Shown: piece after piece, positions 19,273 to 27,495 of the stretch | Position numbering within the stretch: the stretch's first letter is position 1 | Layout of the letters: every line of letters begins with the position of its first letter | Position numbers and translations under genes: made by a program | Assembly (NCBI GenBank): GCA_017889345.1 | Contig: JAGHEJ010000039.1 | Span: 2,147 to 34,146, forward strand | Reading direction: 5' to 3' | Source of the DNA: Clostridiales bacterium | GTDB taxonomy: Bacteria > Bacillota > Clostridia > Clostridiales > Clostridiaceae | DNA length: 32,000 nt | The notes under the pieces: generated by a model | Database searches by the model: none | Told to the model about the DNA's origin: nothing | What the model saw: the letters and a program-made list of their open reading frames with translations, nothing else

Positions 19273-20541
19273 TTAATTTTTAAATTTTTCTAAATCTTTT
19301 ATACTAATATTACGTGAATGATCTGTATGGAACCATTCCTTTTTATTTTTATTAATAATTCCCTGTATAGATATTGGTATCCAAGTAATTATATAAATTG
19401 GATATATAAGTACATAATACAAAAACACTCTAAAAGTAAGTTTTGAATCCAAATGTATCATAACTGGAGTTATTAAAAATTGAAATATAAAATAACCCAT
19501 ATATATTAATTCTATAGCTCTAAACTCAAAATCAAATACTTGTCCAAACATCAAGCCCACAATAGACAAAAGTAACTTACACATATTAAATACTGATACA
19601 ATACCCAAGATTGTTATAACAATAGGTTGCACGGAATACAAAGCACAATCAAGAGATTTAAAATCTTTCTGTTTAATAAACTTTTCTATAAGTTTCCAAA
19701 AATATCTGCTAGAAACATCCGCAAATCCCTGCATCCATCTTTTTCTTTGATTCCAAGATTGTTTTAATGTTAGAGGTTTTTCATCATAAACAACAGCATT
19801 GTACGCACATACAACTTTTTGATTATTCATTATCAATTTACACGTAAACTCTAAATCCTCTGTAAGACATGTCGCTCCCCAACCTATTTCTTTTAAAGTT
19901 TCTATATCCAAACAAAATCCTGTACCAGATAATTGACAAGATAAACCTAAATTATCTCTACAAAGTTGGAATAACCTATTATTACTCCAAAATGCAATAG
20001 AATAACTCAAAGTTAACCAATTGTCATCAGGATTCTTACTATCAATATAACCCTGAATAACTTTATAACCATTATTTAATTTTGTATTCATTTCTGTTAG
20101 AAAATTTGGAGATACTATGTTATCTGCATCTAAAACTATTATAGCAGAATACTTATCCCCCATTTCAAAAATTTTGTTAAACATCCATTCTAGTGCATAA
20201 CCTTTTCCCTTTTTCTCAGTATTTTGTCTTTCATACACTAATGCACCTTCTTGTAATGAATATTCAGCTGTTTTATCTGTACAATTATCCGCAATAACAA
20301 ATACATCATAAAAATCCTTATCATAATTCAACTCATTTAAACTTTTTAAACTATTTGTAATAACTTTTTCTTCATTATGAGCTGCTATAACAACGGCAAA
20401 CTTATTTTTTTTATCTATTTTTTTATCTTTTTTACTCTTTACAAGAAGTCCTAATACTGAAACTGCTAAATAATAAAATGAAATAATATAAACCAAAGTT
20501 ACAATTCCCGAAGCTATTTTCTCAATCAAATCAAAAAACAA
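19273..20541 (-). CDS. Membrane-embedded processive family-2 glycosyltransferase (PgaC/IcaA/cellulose-synthase-like)
   Basis: It has an N-terminal TM helix, then a GT-A core with ..VIADNCTD.., DAD (138-140), TED (227-229) and QRKRW (265-269, nt 19735-19749), then 4-5 C-terminal TM helices. The TTG start follows AAGGGGG. Confidence 0.85.
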   Translation of the reverse strand: MFFDLIEKIASGIVTLVYIISFYYLAVSVLGLLVKSKKDKKIDKKNKFAVVIAAHNEEKVITNSLKSLNELNYDKDFYDVFVIADNCTDKTAEYSLQEGALVYERQNTEKKGKGYALEWMFNKIFEMGDKYSAIIVLDADNIVSPNFLTEMNTKLNNGYKVIQGYIDSKNPDDNWLTLSYSIAFWSNNRLFQLCRDNLGLSCQLSGTGFCLDIETLKEIGWGATCLTEDLEFTCKLIMNNQKVVCAYNAVVYDEKPLTLKQSWNQRKRWMQGFADVSSRYFWKLIEKFIKQKDFKSLDCALYSVQPIVITILGIVSVFNMCKLLLSIVGLMFGQVFDFEFRAIELIYMGYFIFQFLITPVMIHLDSKLTFRVFLYYVLIYPIYIITWIPISIQGIINKNKKEWFHTDHSRNISIKDLEKFKN

Positions 20542-20595
20542 AATTATTATACCCCCTTAATAGCCACTTCTTTTAATACATTACTACAAGATAAG

Positions 20596-21648
20596 TTAAT
20601 AATTCAATATAATTTTTGCAGCAAGCTCCTTGTTAGTAATATTTTCCAATAACACATTTCTAGATATTTTGTAATTTTTATACGCTTCAATAAGCGACAT
20701 ATCTAAAGTACACATACCTAACTTTACCCCATTTTGCATCAAAGGTAAAATATGTTTTGTTTTATTTTCTCGTATACAATTTGCTATACTTAAAGTGTTA
20801 ATCATTATTTCGTATAAACAAATTTTTTTCATATCTTTATCCAATATCATTTTTTGATTAACTATGCACCTAATTATATTTGATAAATTATTTCTCAAAT
20901 ATATATTATTGGAATCCATTTCAAGTAAAGTATCTATCGTATTTTTTACATTATTAGCATAAATACTCGAAATAACTAACATACCCGCATCACAACATCT
21001 CAATATCATTTTCATGACATCATAATTAGGTATATTATCAATTATCAAAATATCTGGATTTTCTTTAAAAGCAGCCTCTATACCTGTTAAATAACTTTCT
21101 GTATCTGATCCAATCTCTCTTTGATTTACAATAGAATTATTGTGTTTATAAAGAATTTCTATCGATTCCTCTATAGTAACTATATGTTTAGAAAATTTTC
21201 TGCTAATTTGATTAACGATAGATGCTATTGTTGTACTTCTTCCACTTCCAACAGTTCCTGTTATTAAAACTAATCCTTGTTGAAGATTACATATAAAATC
21301 AAAAACCTTAGATGGTATCAATAAATCTTCAAATTTTGATGAATCAAGTGAAATAATTTTAATTGATATTGCTAAACTATTTCGTTGTTTAAAAACATTT
21401 GCTCTAAAACGTCCTAAACCTGAAATAGAAAATGATTTATCAGCTTCACCATTATTATTTAATAAACTGAAATCTTTACCAAGAATTTCTTTTGCATAAA
21501 ATTCCGTATCATCCTGATTTAAAATTTTTTCATCTATAATTTCCAATTTTGAATTTATTCTTCCAAATATATTCGCACCAACACTTAAATAAATATCTGA
21601 ACAATTTTTATCCAATGCATTTTTTAAAATTTCATTTAAATTTATCAT
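20596..21648 (-). CDS. pilT: PilT-family (type IV pilus retraction ATPase-like) protein with substitutions in the catalytic motifs
   Basis: It is colinear with PilT over its full length (N-terminus ..SDIYLSVGA.., ..GRFRANVF.., C-terminus ..GMCTLDMSL..). The motifs differ: Walker A is GTVGSGRST, the Asp box is TIEESIE, Walker B is PDILIIDNIPN and the His box is AGMLVISSIYA. Confidence 0.85.
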   Translation of the reverse strand: MINLNEILKNALDKNCSDIYLSVGANIFGRINSKLEIIDEKILNQDDTEFYAKEILGKDFSLLNNNGEADKSFSISGLGRFRANVFKQRNSLAISIKIISLDSSKFEDLLIPSKVFDFICNLQQGLVLITGTVGSGRSTTIASIVNQISRKFSKHIVTIEESIEILYKHNNSIVNQREIGSDTESYLTGIEAAFKENPDILIIDNIPNYDVMKMILRCCDAGMLVISSIYANNVKNTIDTLLEMDSNNIYLRNNLSNIIRCIVNQKMILDKDMKKICLYEIMINTLSIANCIRENKTKHILPLMQNGVKLGMCTLDMSLIEAYKNYKISRNVLLENITNKELAAKIILNY

Positions 21649-21742
21649 AGCATTATGTAAAAGGAACTAACCTATTCCTTATCCCTCTCCATTTAAAACT
21701 TTTAGTATATTATGTATTTTTTACCAAATATTCTTTTTTATA

Positions 21743-21786
21743 CAAAAAAATAAACCATTTTTAAAATCCTTTTTAAAAATGGTTTA
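21743..21786 (-). terminator. Strong rho-independent terminator after sigK
   Basis: A perfect 15-bp stem pairs aaaccatttttaaaa (21752-21766) with ttttaaaaatggttt (21771-21785) around a 4-nt loop. The minus-strand RNA continues with attttttt. Confidence 0.85.
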
Positions 21787-21797
21787 ACTTATTAATA

Positions 21798-22487
21798 CTA
21801 ATTTTTTAATAGTAACTCCTTATTTAATTTATTTAGTGCCTTTTTTTCAATTCTCGATACATAAGATCTCGATATATTTAATTTTTTAGCTATCTCTTTT
21901 TGTGTTTTTATTTTTCCATCTACTAATCCATATCGTAATTTTATTATTATCTGCTCTTTTTCATTTAAAACATCATTTAATTTACTATACATTTTTTTTA
22001 TAGCTAACTTCTGCTCAACAATATCAACTATTGTATCTTCTCCACTATTTAGTATATCAATCAAAGATATTTCATTTCCTTCTTTATCAGTTCCAATAGG
22101 ATCTTGTAGAAAAACCTCATTCTTTGTCTTCTTACTATTACGTATTAACATTAAAATTTCATTTTCTATACACCTAGCTGCATAAGTTGCTAACTTAGTA
22201 CCTTTTGTATAATCAAATGATTCTATTCCTTTTATAAGTCCTATAGATCCAACAGATATTAAATCTTCTACTTCTTTAATGGAGGAAAACTTTTTTGCAA
22301 TGTGTACAACTAATCTTAAATTTCTTTCAATTAATATGTTTTTAGCCTCTAAATCTCCTGCTTTATATCTATCTATATATTCTTTTTCTTCAGAAGTAGT
22401 TAGTGGAACTGGAAATGAATTATTACCAACTATATATCCTGTGAATAAAATAACATTACTTATTATGCTAAACAAACTACCAATCAA
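21798..22487 (-). CDS. sigK: Mother-cell late sigma factor pro-sigma-K, uninterrupted
   Basis: It has ..NNSFPVPLTTSEEKEYI.., ..[14 protein letters not shown].., ..[18 protein letters not shown].., ..DPIGTDKEGNEISLIDIL.. and ..NISRSYVSRIEKKAL... This is colinear with B. subtilis SigK across the point where skin interrupts it. The TTG start lies 9 nt after GGAGG. Confidence 0.93.
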   Translation of the reverse strand: MIGSLFSIISNVILFTGYIVGNNSFPVPLTTSEEKEYIDRYKAGDLEAKNILIERNLRLVVHIAKKFSSIKEVEDLISVGSIGLIKGIESFDYTKGTKLATYAARCIENEILMLIRNSKKTKNEVFLQDPIGTDKEGNEISLIDILNSGEDTIVDIVEQKLAIKKMYSKLNDVLNEKEQIIIKLRYGLVDGKIKTQKEIAKKLNISRSYVSRIEKKALNKLNKELLLKN

Positions 22488-22554
22488 TGAAAAGTTCCTC
22501 CTGCTTTAAGGCTTACTAATATACTATGACCATTTATTTTAAATTCCACACGAT

Positions 22555-24156
22555 TTAAAAATTTGTTACAAAATATTCTACAATCTCTCTAAAAATTGGA
22601 CCAGCGGTATTACCTCCATACTGTCCCTCCTCATTTATATTTTTTACAAATACGCACATTGAATAATACTTATTCCTATGCTTAAAGTATCCTAAAAGCC
22701 ATCCATCAGAAACAATATTTTCACCGTCAAAACGTTCTGTGGTTCCTGTCTTAGCACCCGTCTCTATATTATCAAAATATACTTTGTTACCACTTCCATT
22801 TTTAACAGTATTTATAAGCATTTCTTTTAAAGCATTTGATGTGCTCTCTTTGAGTATTTTTCTCGTATCATATTCAAACAATTTTATAGTCTCATTATTT
22901 TCATTAACAATCTTTTCTACTAAATTTAACTCTTTATATAACCCATCATTCAAAATAGTGTTAATTATTGCTAAAGATTGCAATGGTTCAATTAACATAT
23001 TTTGTCCCATAGATAAAAATAATGGTCCATCTTCATATTCTTTTGGTGCTGCGTAACTACCATCAACTTCTCTATAATCACTAAATCCCAATACTTTAGT
23101 AAAAATTCCTTGATCTTCAGCATAATTACGTATATAATCCCAACCTATAACTTTTCCAATTTCTGCAAAAATATTATTACAAGAAACAGCCAAAGCATCT
23201 TCAATATTTAAAGTTCCATGAGTATGTCCTTTGCATAAATTATATCTACTATTATCACAACTAAACATATTAGACTCAGAAAATATTCCTGAATCAATAG
23301 CAGCTTCTGCAACAATTAATTTAAAAATCGAACCTGGCACATATCCAAGAGTTGTTGAACCTAACATTATATTTGGATTATATTCATTTTTCTGAGTTAA
23401 CACCTTTATTTGTCCTGTACTAACTTCAGATATTGCAACAGCAACTTCTTCTAAATCTTTATATTTATCATCTCGAATTATATTTTCAACACCATTTTGC
23501 AAATCTTTATTAAGAGTCAATTTCAAATTATTATTATTACCTTGTACAAATGGTTCTCCCGTTTTTAATTCAGTAAAATCTACAATCGGATATTTATTAT
23601 CTACTATATATTCATGATACGAGTCTTTTGTAGTTTTCTCTTCTATCTCTTTTACCAAAATATTTTCAATAGACCATGCTTCCTTCTCGTTAAATGCGTT
23701 ATACTCGTACAATTGAACTCCATTTATATCATCTAATGTTTTTAATTTGTCGTAGGTATATTTATCAACTTCAAATTTGAAATTATAATCAGGATTTTCC
23801 TCAAATTTCTTTATAAGATCAAAATCCTCATTATAGTTTTTTAAGATAGATATAAATGTAAATATCTTCTCCACTTCTATATTATTGTTGAAATTTTTAA
23901 ATATGTTAGATTTTATTTGTACTACATATTTTGTATTGAAATCTATCATATTTTCATTTTTATCGTCCAAAAGTTTATATGTAAGATCGCTCGTCCTATA
24001 TTGTAAATTATATTGATCAAGTGCCATAGAAACATATTTATCTGATTTATTTCCTAATTGTATTGATGCAAGTTTTGCTATAACAATAGCAAGACATCCA
24101 CAAAATAATATATTGATAAATCTAATTCTCTTTCTGAGCAATTTTTTTCGGTCCAT
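22555..24156 (-). CDS. Class B penicillin-binding protein (FtsI/SpoVD-family transpeptidase) without PASTA domain
   Basis: It has a TM anchor, SxxK (PGSIFK), SxN (SCN) and KTG (KTGT). The ATG at 24156 follows AAAGGA. The TTG at 24228 in the ORF track lies inside the upstream terminator T-tract. An ATG at 24204 is an alternative start. Confidence 0.85.
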   Translation of the reverse strand: MDRKKLLRKRIRFINILFCGCLAIVIAKLASIQLGNKSDKYVSMALDQYNLQYRTSDLTYKLLDDKNENMIDFNTKYVVQIKSNIFKNFNNNIEVEKIFTFISILKNYNEDFDLIKKFEENPDYNFKFEVDKYTYDKLKTLDDINGVQLYEYNAFNEKEAWSIENILVKEIEEKTTKDSYHEYIVDNKYPIVDFTELKTGEPFVQGNNNNLKLTLNKDLQNGVENIIRDDKYKDLEEVAVAISEVSTGQIKVLTQKNEYNPNIMLGSTTLGYVPGSIFKLIVAEAAIDSGIFSESNMFSCDNSRYNLCKGHTHGTLNIEDALAVSCNNIFAEIGKVIGWDYIRNYAEDQGIFTKVLGFSDYREVDGSYAAPKEYEDGPLFLSMGQNMLIEPLQSLAIINTILNDGLYKELNLVEKIVNENNETIKLFEYDTRKILKESTSNALKEMLINTVKNGSGNKVYFDNIETGAKTGTTERFDGENIVSDGWLLGYFKHRNKYYSMCVFVKNINEEGQYGGNTAGPIFREIVEYFVTNF

Positions 24157-24225
24157 AAAATTATTCCTTTTCCAAAATTTGTTACTATAGACTAAATCTT
24201 TCATTTTGGTGGACAAATTATTCAA

Positions 24226-24262
24226 CAAAAAAAAAGATCCAAGATATAAAATCTTGAATCTC
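24226..24262 (-). terminator. Rho-independent terminator after the U32 gene
   Basis: The minus-strand RNA reads agattcaagat-tttat-atcttggatct (11 bp, one G:U pair) followed by T9. Confidence 0.85.
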
Positions 24263-24269
24263 TTTTAAA

Positions 24270-25502
24270 TTATCCTAATTGTATTTCATTCTTTCTCATG
24301 ATTATAAAATCATTTTCTTTAAGCTCCTCATCAACCATTGCTGTAAAAATCATCTGAGCATGATTAGCTTTCTCAATATCTTCTCCTTTTGAATTCTTCA
24401 TGTTGTTTAACTTAACCTCAAAATTTTCAGTTTTGGGTCTTATTATTTCAACAGTATCTCCATTAAACACTCTATTTCTCTGTTCTATTGTTGCAATTTT
24501 AGTTTCTGAATCGTAAGATCTAACAATTCCTACAATTTCATACTCCCTTACATATGTAGCACTTTCATAACTTTGCTCTCCATTTTGTCCGTAGAAAAAT
24601 CCTGTCGAATATCTTCTATGACTAATTTTCCCAAGGTTTTCAATCCATTTTGGATTAACCTTAAAGTTTTCTGGATCAGCATAATAAGCATCAATAGCTT
24701 CTCTGTACATTTTAACAACCATTGCTAAATAAAACACACTTTTCATTCTTCCTTCAATTTTTACAGAAGCAACTCCAGATTTAATAACATCATCAATATG
24801 TTCAATCATACATAAATCTTTTGAGTTCATTATATAAGTTCCTGTATCATCTTCAAACACTGGGAAGTATTCATTTGGACGCTTCTCTTCAACAAGATAA
24901 TATTTATATCTGCAAGCTTGTGAACACGCTCCTTTGTTTGAATCTCTTGAAGTCATATAATTTGAAATTAAACATCTTCCTGAGTAAGCCATGCACATTG
25001 CACCATGAACAAAAACTTCAATCTCACAATCTTCTGGTAAATTTTGTACAAACTCTTCAACTTCTTTTAATTTTAATTCTCTCGCAAGAATTATTCTTCT
25101 CAATCCATAATCATACCAAAATTTTGCAGTTTCATAATTCATTGCATTAGCTTGTGTACTTAAATGTATATCAAGATTTGTATTATTTTTTACAATAGCA
25201 ATAACTCCAGGGTCCGCAGCAATAACTCCATCAACATTTAAAGACTCACATTTCTTTACATATTCTGGCAATCCCTTTAAATCAAAATTTCTTGGAATCG
25301 CATTAAGCGCTAAATATACTTTTGCATTTCTTTCATGGGCATATTCAACCCCTTCTTTTAATTCCTCAAAATCAAAATTGTCTGCAAAAGCCCTTAAATT
25401 TAATCTTGGTCCTCCTACATATACAGCGTCAGCACCATAGTCAATTGCAACTTTTAATTTTTCTAAACTACCCGCGGGCGCAAGTAATTCTACTTTTTTC
25501 AC
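24270..25502 (-). CDS. Peptidase U32 family protein (YrrO/TrhP-like, implicated in tRNA ho5U formation)
   Basis: The N-terminus ..VELLAPAGSLEKLKVAIDYGADAVY.. and the Cys-rich ..GAMCMAYSGRCLISN.. are typical of the U32 family. The GTG start is coupled to the preceding gene, with AAGGAGG inside its 3' end. Confidence 0.88.
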   Translation of the reverse strand: MKKVELLAPAGSLEKLKVAIDYGADAVYVGGPRLNLRAFADNFDFEELKEGVEYAHERNAKVYLALNAIPRNFDLKGLPEYVKKCESLNVDGVIAADPGVIAIVKNNTNLDIHLSTQANAMNYETAKFWYDYGLRRIILARELKLKEVEEFVQNLPEDCEIEVFVHGAMCMAYSGRCLISNYMTSRDSNKGACSQACRYKYYLVEEKRPNEYFPVFEDDTGTYIMNSKDLCMIEHIDDVIKSGVASVKIEGRMKSVFYLAMVVKMYREAIDAYYADPENFKVNPKWIENLGKISHRRYSTGFFYGQNGEQSYESATYVREYEIVGIVRSYDSETKIATIEQRNRVFNGDTVEIIRPKTENFEVKLNNMKNSKGEDIEKANHAQMIFTAMVDEELKENDFIIMRKNEIQLG

Positions 25503-25503
25503 T

Positions 25504-26157
25504 TTAAAATTTCCTCCTTAAAATCATCACTCCATCACCAATAGGTAAAATTGATGTCGAAAAGTTTTCATTTCTAGTTACATTATGTATGAAATTTCGC
25601 ATATTTCTAATGATAGTTTTCTTCCTCTTTTTAACCAGGTCATCTGAAGCGATCATTCCTTTATATAAAATATTATCAAAGACGATTATACCATTTTTAG
25701 ATAAATTTTGAATACAGATATTGAACAATTTTTCATAATGTGATTTTGACGAGTCTATAAAAATAAAATCATATTTTCCATCTAAGTATTTTACATTTTC
25801 AAAACAATCTCCTTCTAAGAGAGCGATTTTATCTCCACAATTAAATAATTCAAAATTCTTCTTAGCATTTTGAATTCTCTCCTCATCTCTCTCCATTGTT
25901 GTTATAAAAACATCTCCATCAAGTTGTTCATACATAAACAATGATGAAAATCCAACAGCAGTTCCAAATTCAAGAATTCGTTTTGGTTTATTCATCATAA
26001 ATAGCATACTCATAAAATTCTGTACTTCCTTATCAATAATCGGCACAAAATTTTCAAGAGCCTCTTCCTCTATTTTTCTTAATTTATCTGACATATTCAA
26101 ATTTATATTGGATAGTATAAACTCTTTTACGTAATCTCTAACTATATTATTGTCCAT
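25504..26157 (-). CDS. Class I SAM-dependent O-methyltransferase (family 3; YrrM/TrmR-like)
   Basis: It has the SAM motif ..ILEFGTAVGFSS.. and ..FIFIDSSK... The order mltG, methyltransferase, U32 equals B. subtilis yrrL-yrrM-yrrN/O. Confidence 0.8.
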   Translation of the reverse strand: MDNNIVRDYVKEFILSNINLNMSDKLRKIEEEALENFVPIIDKEVQNFMSMLFMMNKPKRILEFGTAVGFSSLFMYEQLDGDVFITTMERDEERIQNAKKNFELFNCGDKIALLEGDCFENVKYLDGKYDFIFIDSSKSHYEKLFNICIQNLSKNGIIVFDNILYKGMIASDDLVKKRKKTIIRNMRNFIHNVTRNENFSTSILPIGDGVMILRRKF

Positions 26158-26201
26158 CTAAGATCTCCATCTATTTAAATTTATAAATTGTATTTTAAAT
26201 C

Positions 26202-26244
26202 AAAAAAATCAAAAAGTCATCTTAATTTTAAATTAAGACGACTT
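26202..26244 (-). terminator. Rho-independent terminator after mltG
   Basis: The minus-strand RNA forms a 13-bp stem, agtcgtcttaatt with aattaagatgact (one G:U pair), followed by ttttgattttttt. Confidence 0.8.
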
Positions 26245-26251
26245 TGTAAAA

Positions 26252-27286
26252 TTATTTCTTAACATAAAGAGTTGTATCTCTAATTTGTTTTTGTTTTAAG
26301 AAATCACTATAGTTTTCAAAGAAATAATGATAGTTTGTTTCATCATTTAAAATGAAATATAAATAATTTGTTTCTGCTGGACTCACTGCTGCTTTAAGAG
26401 ATTCTCTTCCTGGTGCAGCAATTGGACCAATTGGAAGCCCTGCATATTTATATGTGTTATATTTTGAATCCACTTCTAAATCTGAATAATACAAAACTTC
26501 TTTATGTTTACCTAGTGCATAAATTACAGTTGCACAAGATTGAAGAGGCATTCCTTGTTCTAATCTATTGTAAAAAACAGATGAAGCTTTAGGTCTTTCA
26601 TCATCGTGTATTATTTCTCTTTCAACAATAGATGCCATTGTAACAATCTCATCTATTTTATCTTTCTCAACTGTAACATCTAATTCTTTTTGAATTTCTG
26701 CAAAAACTTCCTCAAATCTTTTTAACATAATTTGAATTATAGTTTCAGGAGTAGATCCTTTATCAAAATGATATGTATCTGGGAATAAAAATCCTTCTAA
26801 AGCGTATCTTCTTCCATCAACCTTCTTAACATAATCAGGTAATGAATAATTCTTAACTGCATCTAAAAAATCTTCTTTAGAAATACCAAGCTCTGATTTG
26901 TCAAAAACCTCAGCCATCGCTTCTATAGAATATCCCTCTGGTATGGTAACTTTTACAAATTCTGAAATTTCTCCTTGATTTAACTCAAACATTAATTGTT
27001 CTAGAGGAGCTTCTTTTGAAAAAGTATAAGTTCCCGGTTTTATATTTGTATTATAATTAAACATCTTTATAGAAAATTTCACAAAAAACTCGTTTCTTAA
27101 TTCTCCTGAATTCGAAAGTTCATCTAAAATTTGATTTAAGGTATCTCCCTCTTTAACTTCAAATTTAACATCTTTTGTAAGAGGTCTATGATTTATAGAT
27201 TGAAAATTGTAGACAAAATACGCTGCAAAACCTATAAAAATCGAAATAACTATCATTAAAAATTTTATAAACCACGACGTCCTCAT
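26252..27286 (-). CDS. mltG: Endolytic murein transglycosylase MltG (YceG-like)
   Basis: It has an N-terminal TM helix and YceG-family sequence (..LEGFLFPDTY.., ..ASIVERE.., ..SPYNTY-like KYNTYKYAGLPIGPIAAPG..). Confidence 0.92.
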   Translation of the reverse strand: MRTSWFIKFLMIVISIFIGFAAYFVYNFQSINHRPLTKDVKFEVKEGDTLNQILDELSNSGELRNEFFVKFSIKMFNYNTNIKPGTYTFSKEAPLEQLMFELNQGEISEFVKVTIPEGYSIEAMAEVFDKSELGISKEDFLDAVKNYSLPDYVKKVDGRRYALEGFLFPDTYHFDKGSTPETIIQIMLKRFEEVFAEIQKELDVTVEKDKIDEIVTMASIVEREIIHDDERPKASSVFYNRLEQGMPLQSCATVIYALGKHKEVLYYSDLEVDSKYNTYKYAGLPIGPIAAPGRESLKAAVSPAETNYLYFILNDETNYHYFFENYSDFLKQKQIRDTTLYVKK

Positions 27287-27355
27287 CGTATCCTCCTATA
27301 ACTTAAAAATACTTGGTAAAATCCCTATCCTTTCTAAAAAAACATTATATGATAA

Positions 27356-27384
27356 TTTTTATATTATTTGTTGATATTTGTCAA
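27356..27384 (-). promoter_or_regulatory. Candidate sigma-A promoter for mltG
   Basis: The minus strand has a perfect TTGACA (27379-27384), a 17-nt spacer, then TAAAAA (27356-27361). It lies about 70 nt upstream of the mltG ATG and downstream of the preceding terminator. Confidence 0.4.
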
Positions 27385-27445
27385 ACTTTTATGTATAACT
27401 TCCATATTAATTATCTCCTAATTGAACGATTATTATCTATTCATT

Positions 27446-27485
27446 ATAAAAAAATCAGGATACATTTTAAAAACATATCCCGATT
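27446..27485 (-). terminator. Rho-independent terminator after the ylbF-like gene
   Basis: The minus-strand RNA reads atcgggata...tatcctgat (one G:U pair, extendable by wobble pairs) followed by ttttttta. Confidence 0.65.
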
Positions 27486-27495
27486 AAAAAAATAT

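Noticed and set aside
27364-27405. 13-codon minus-strand mini-ORF (MEVIHKSLTNINK) with a good SD (AGGAGA, 8 nt, ATG) in the mltG leader
   Set aside because: It overlaps the best sigma-A promoter candidate (TTGACA-17-TAAAAA) for mltG. It would therefore lie mostly upstream of the TSS and just after a terminator. It is probably a chance occurrence, though it cannot be fully excluded.
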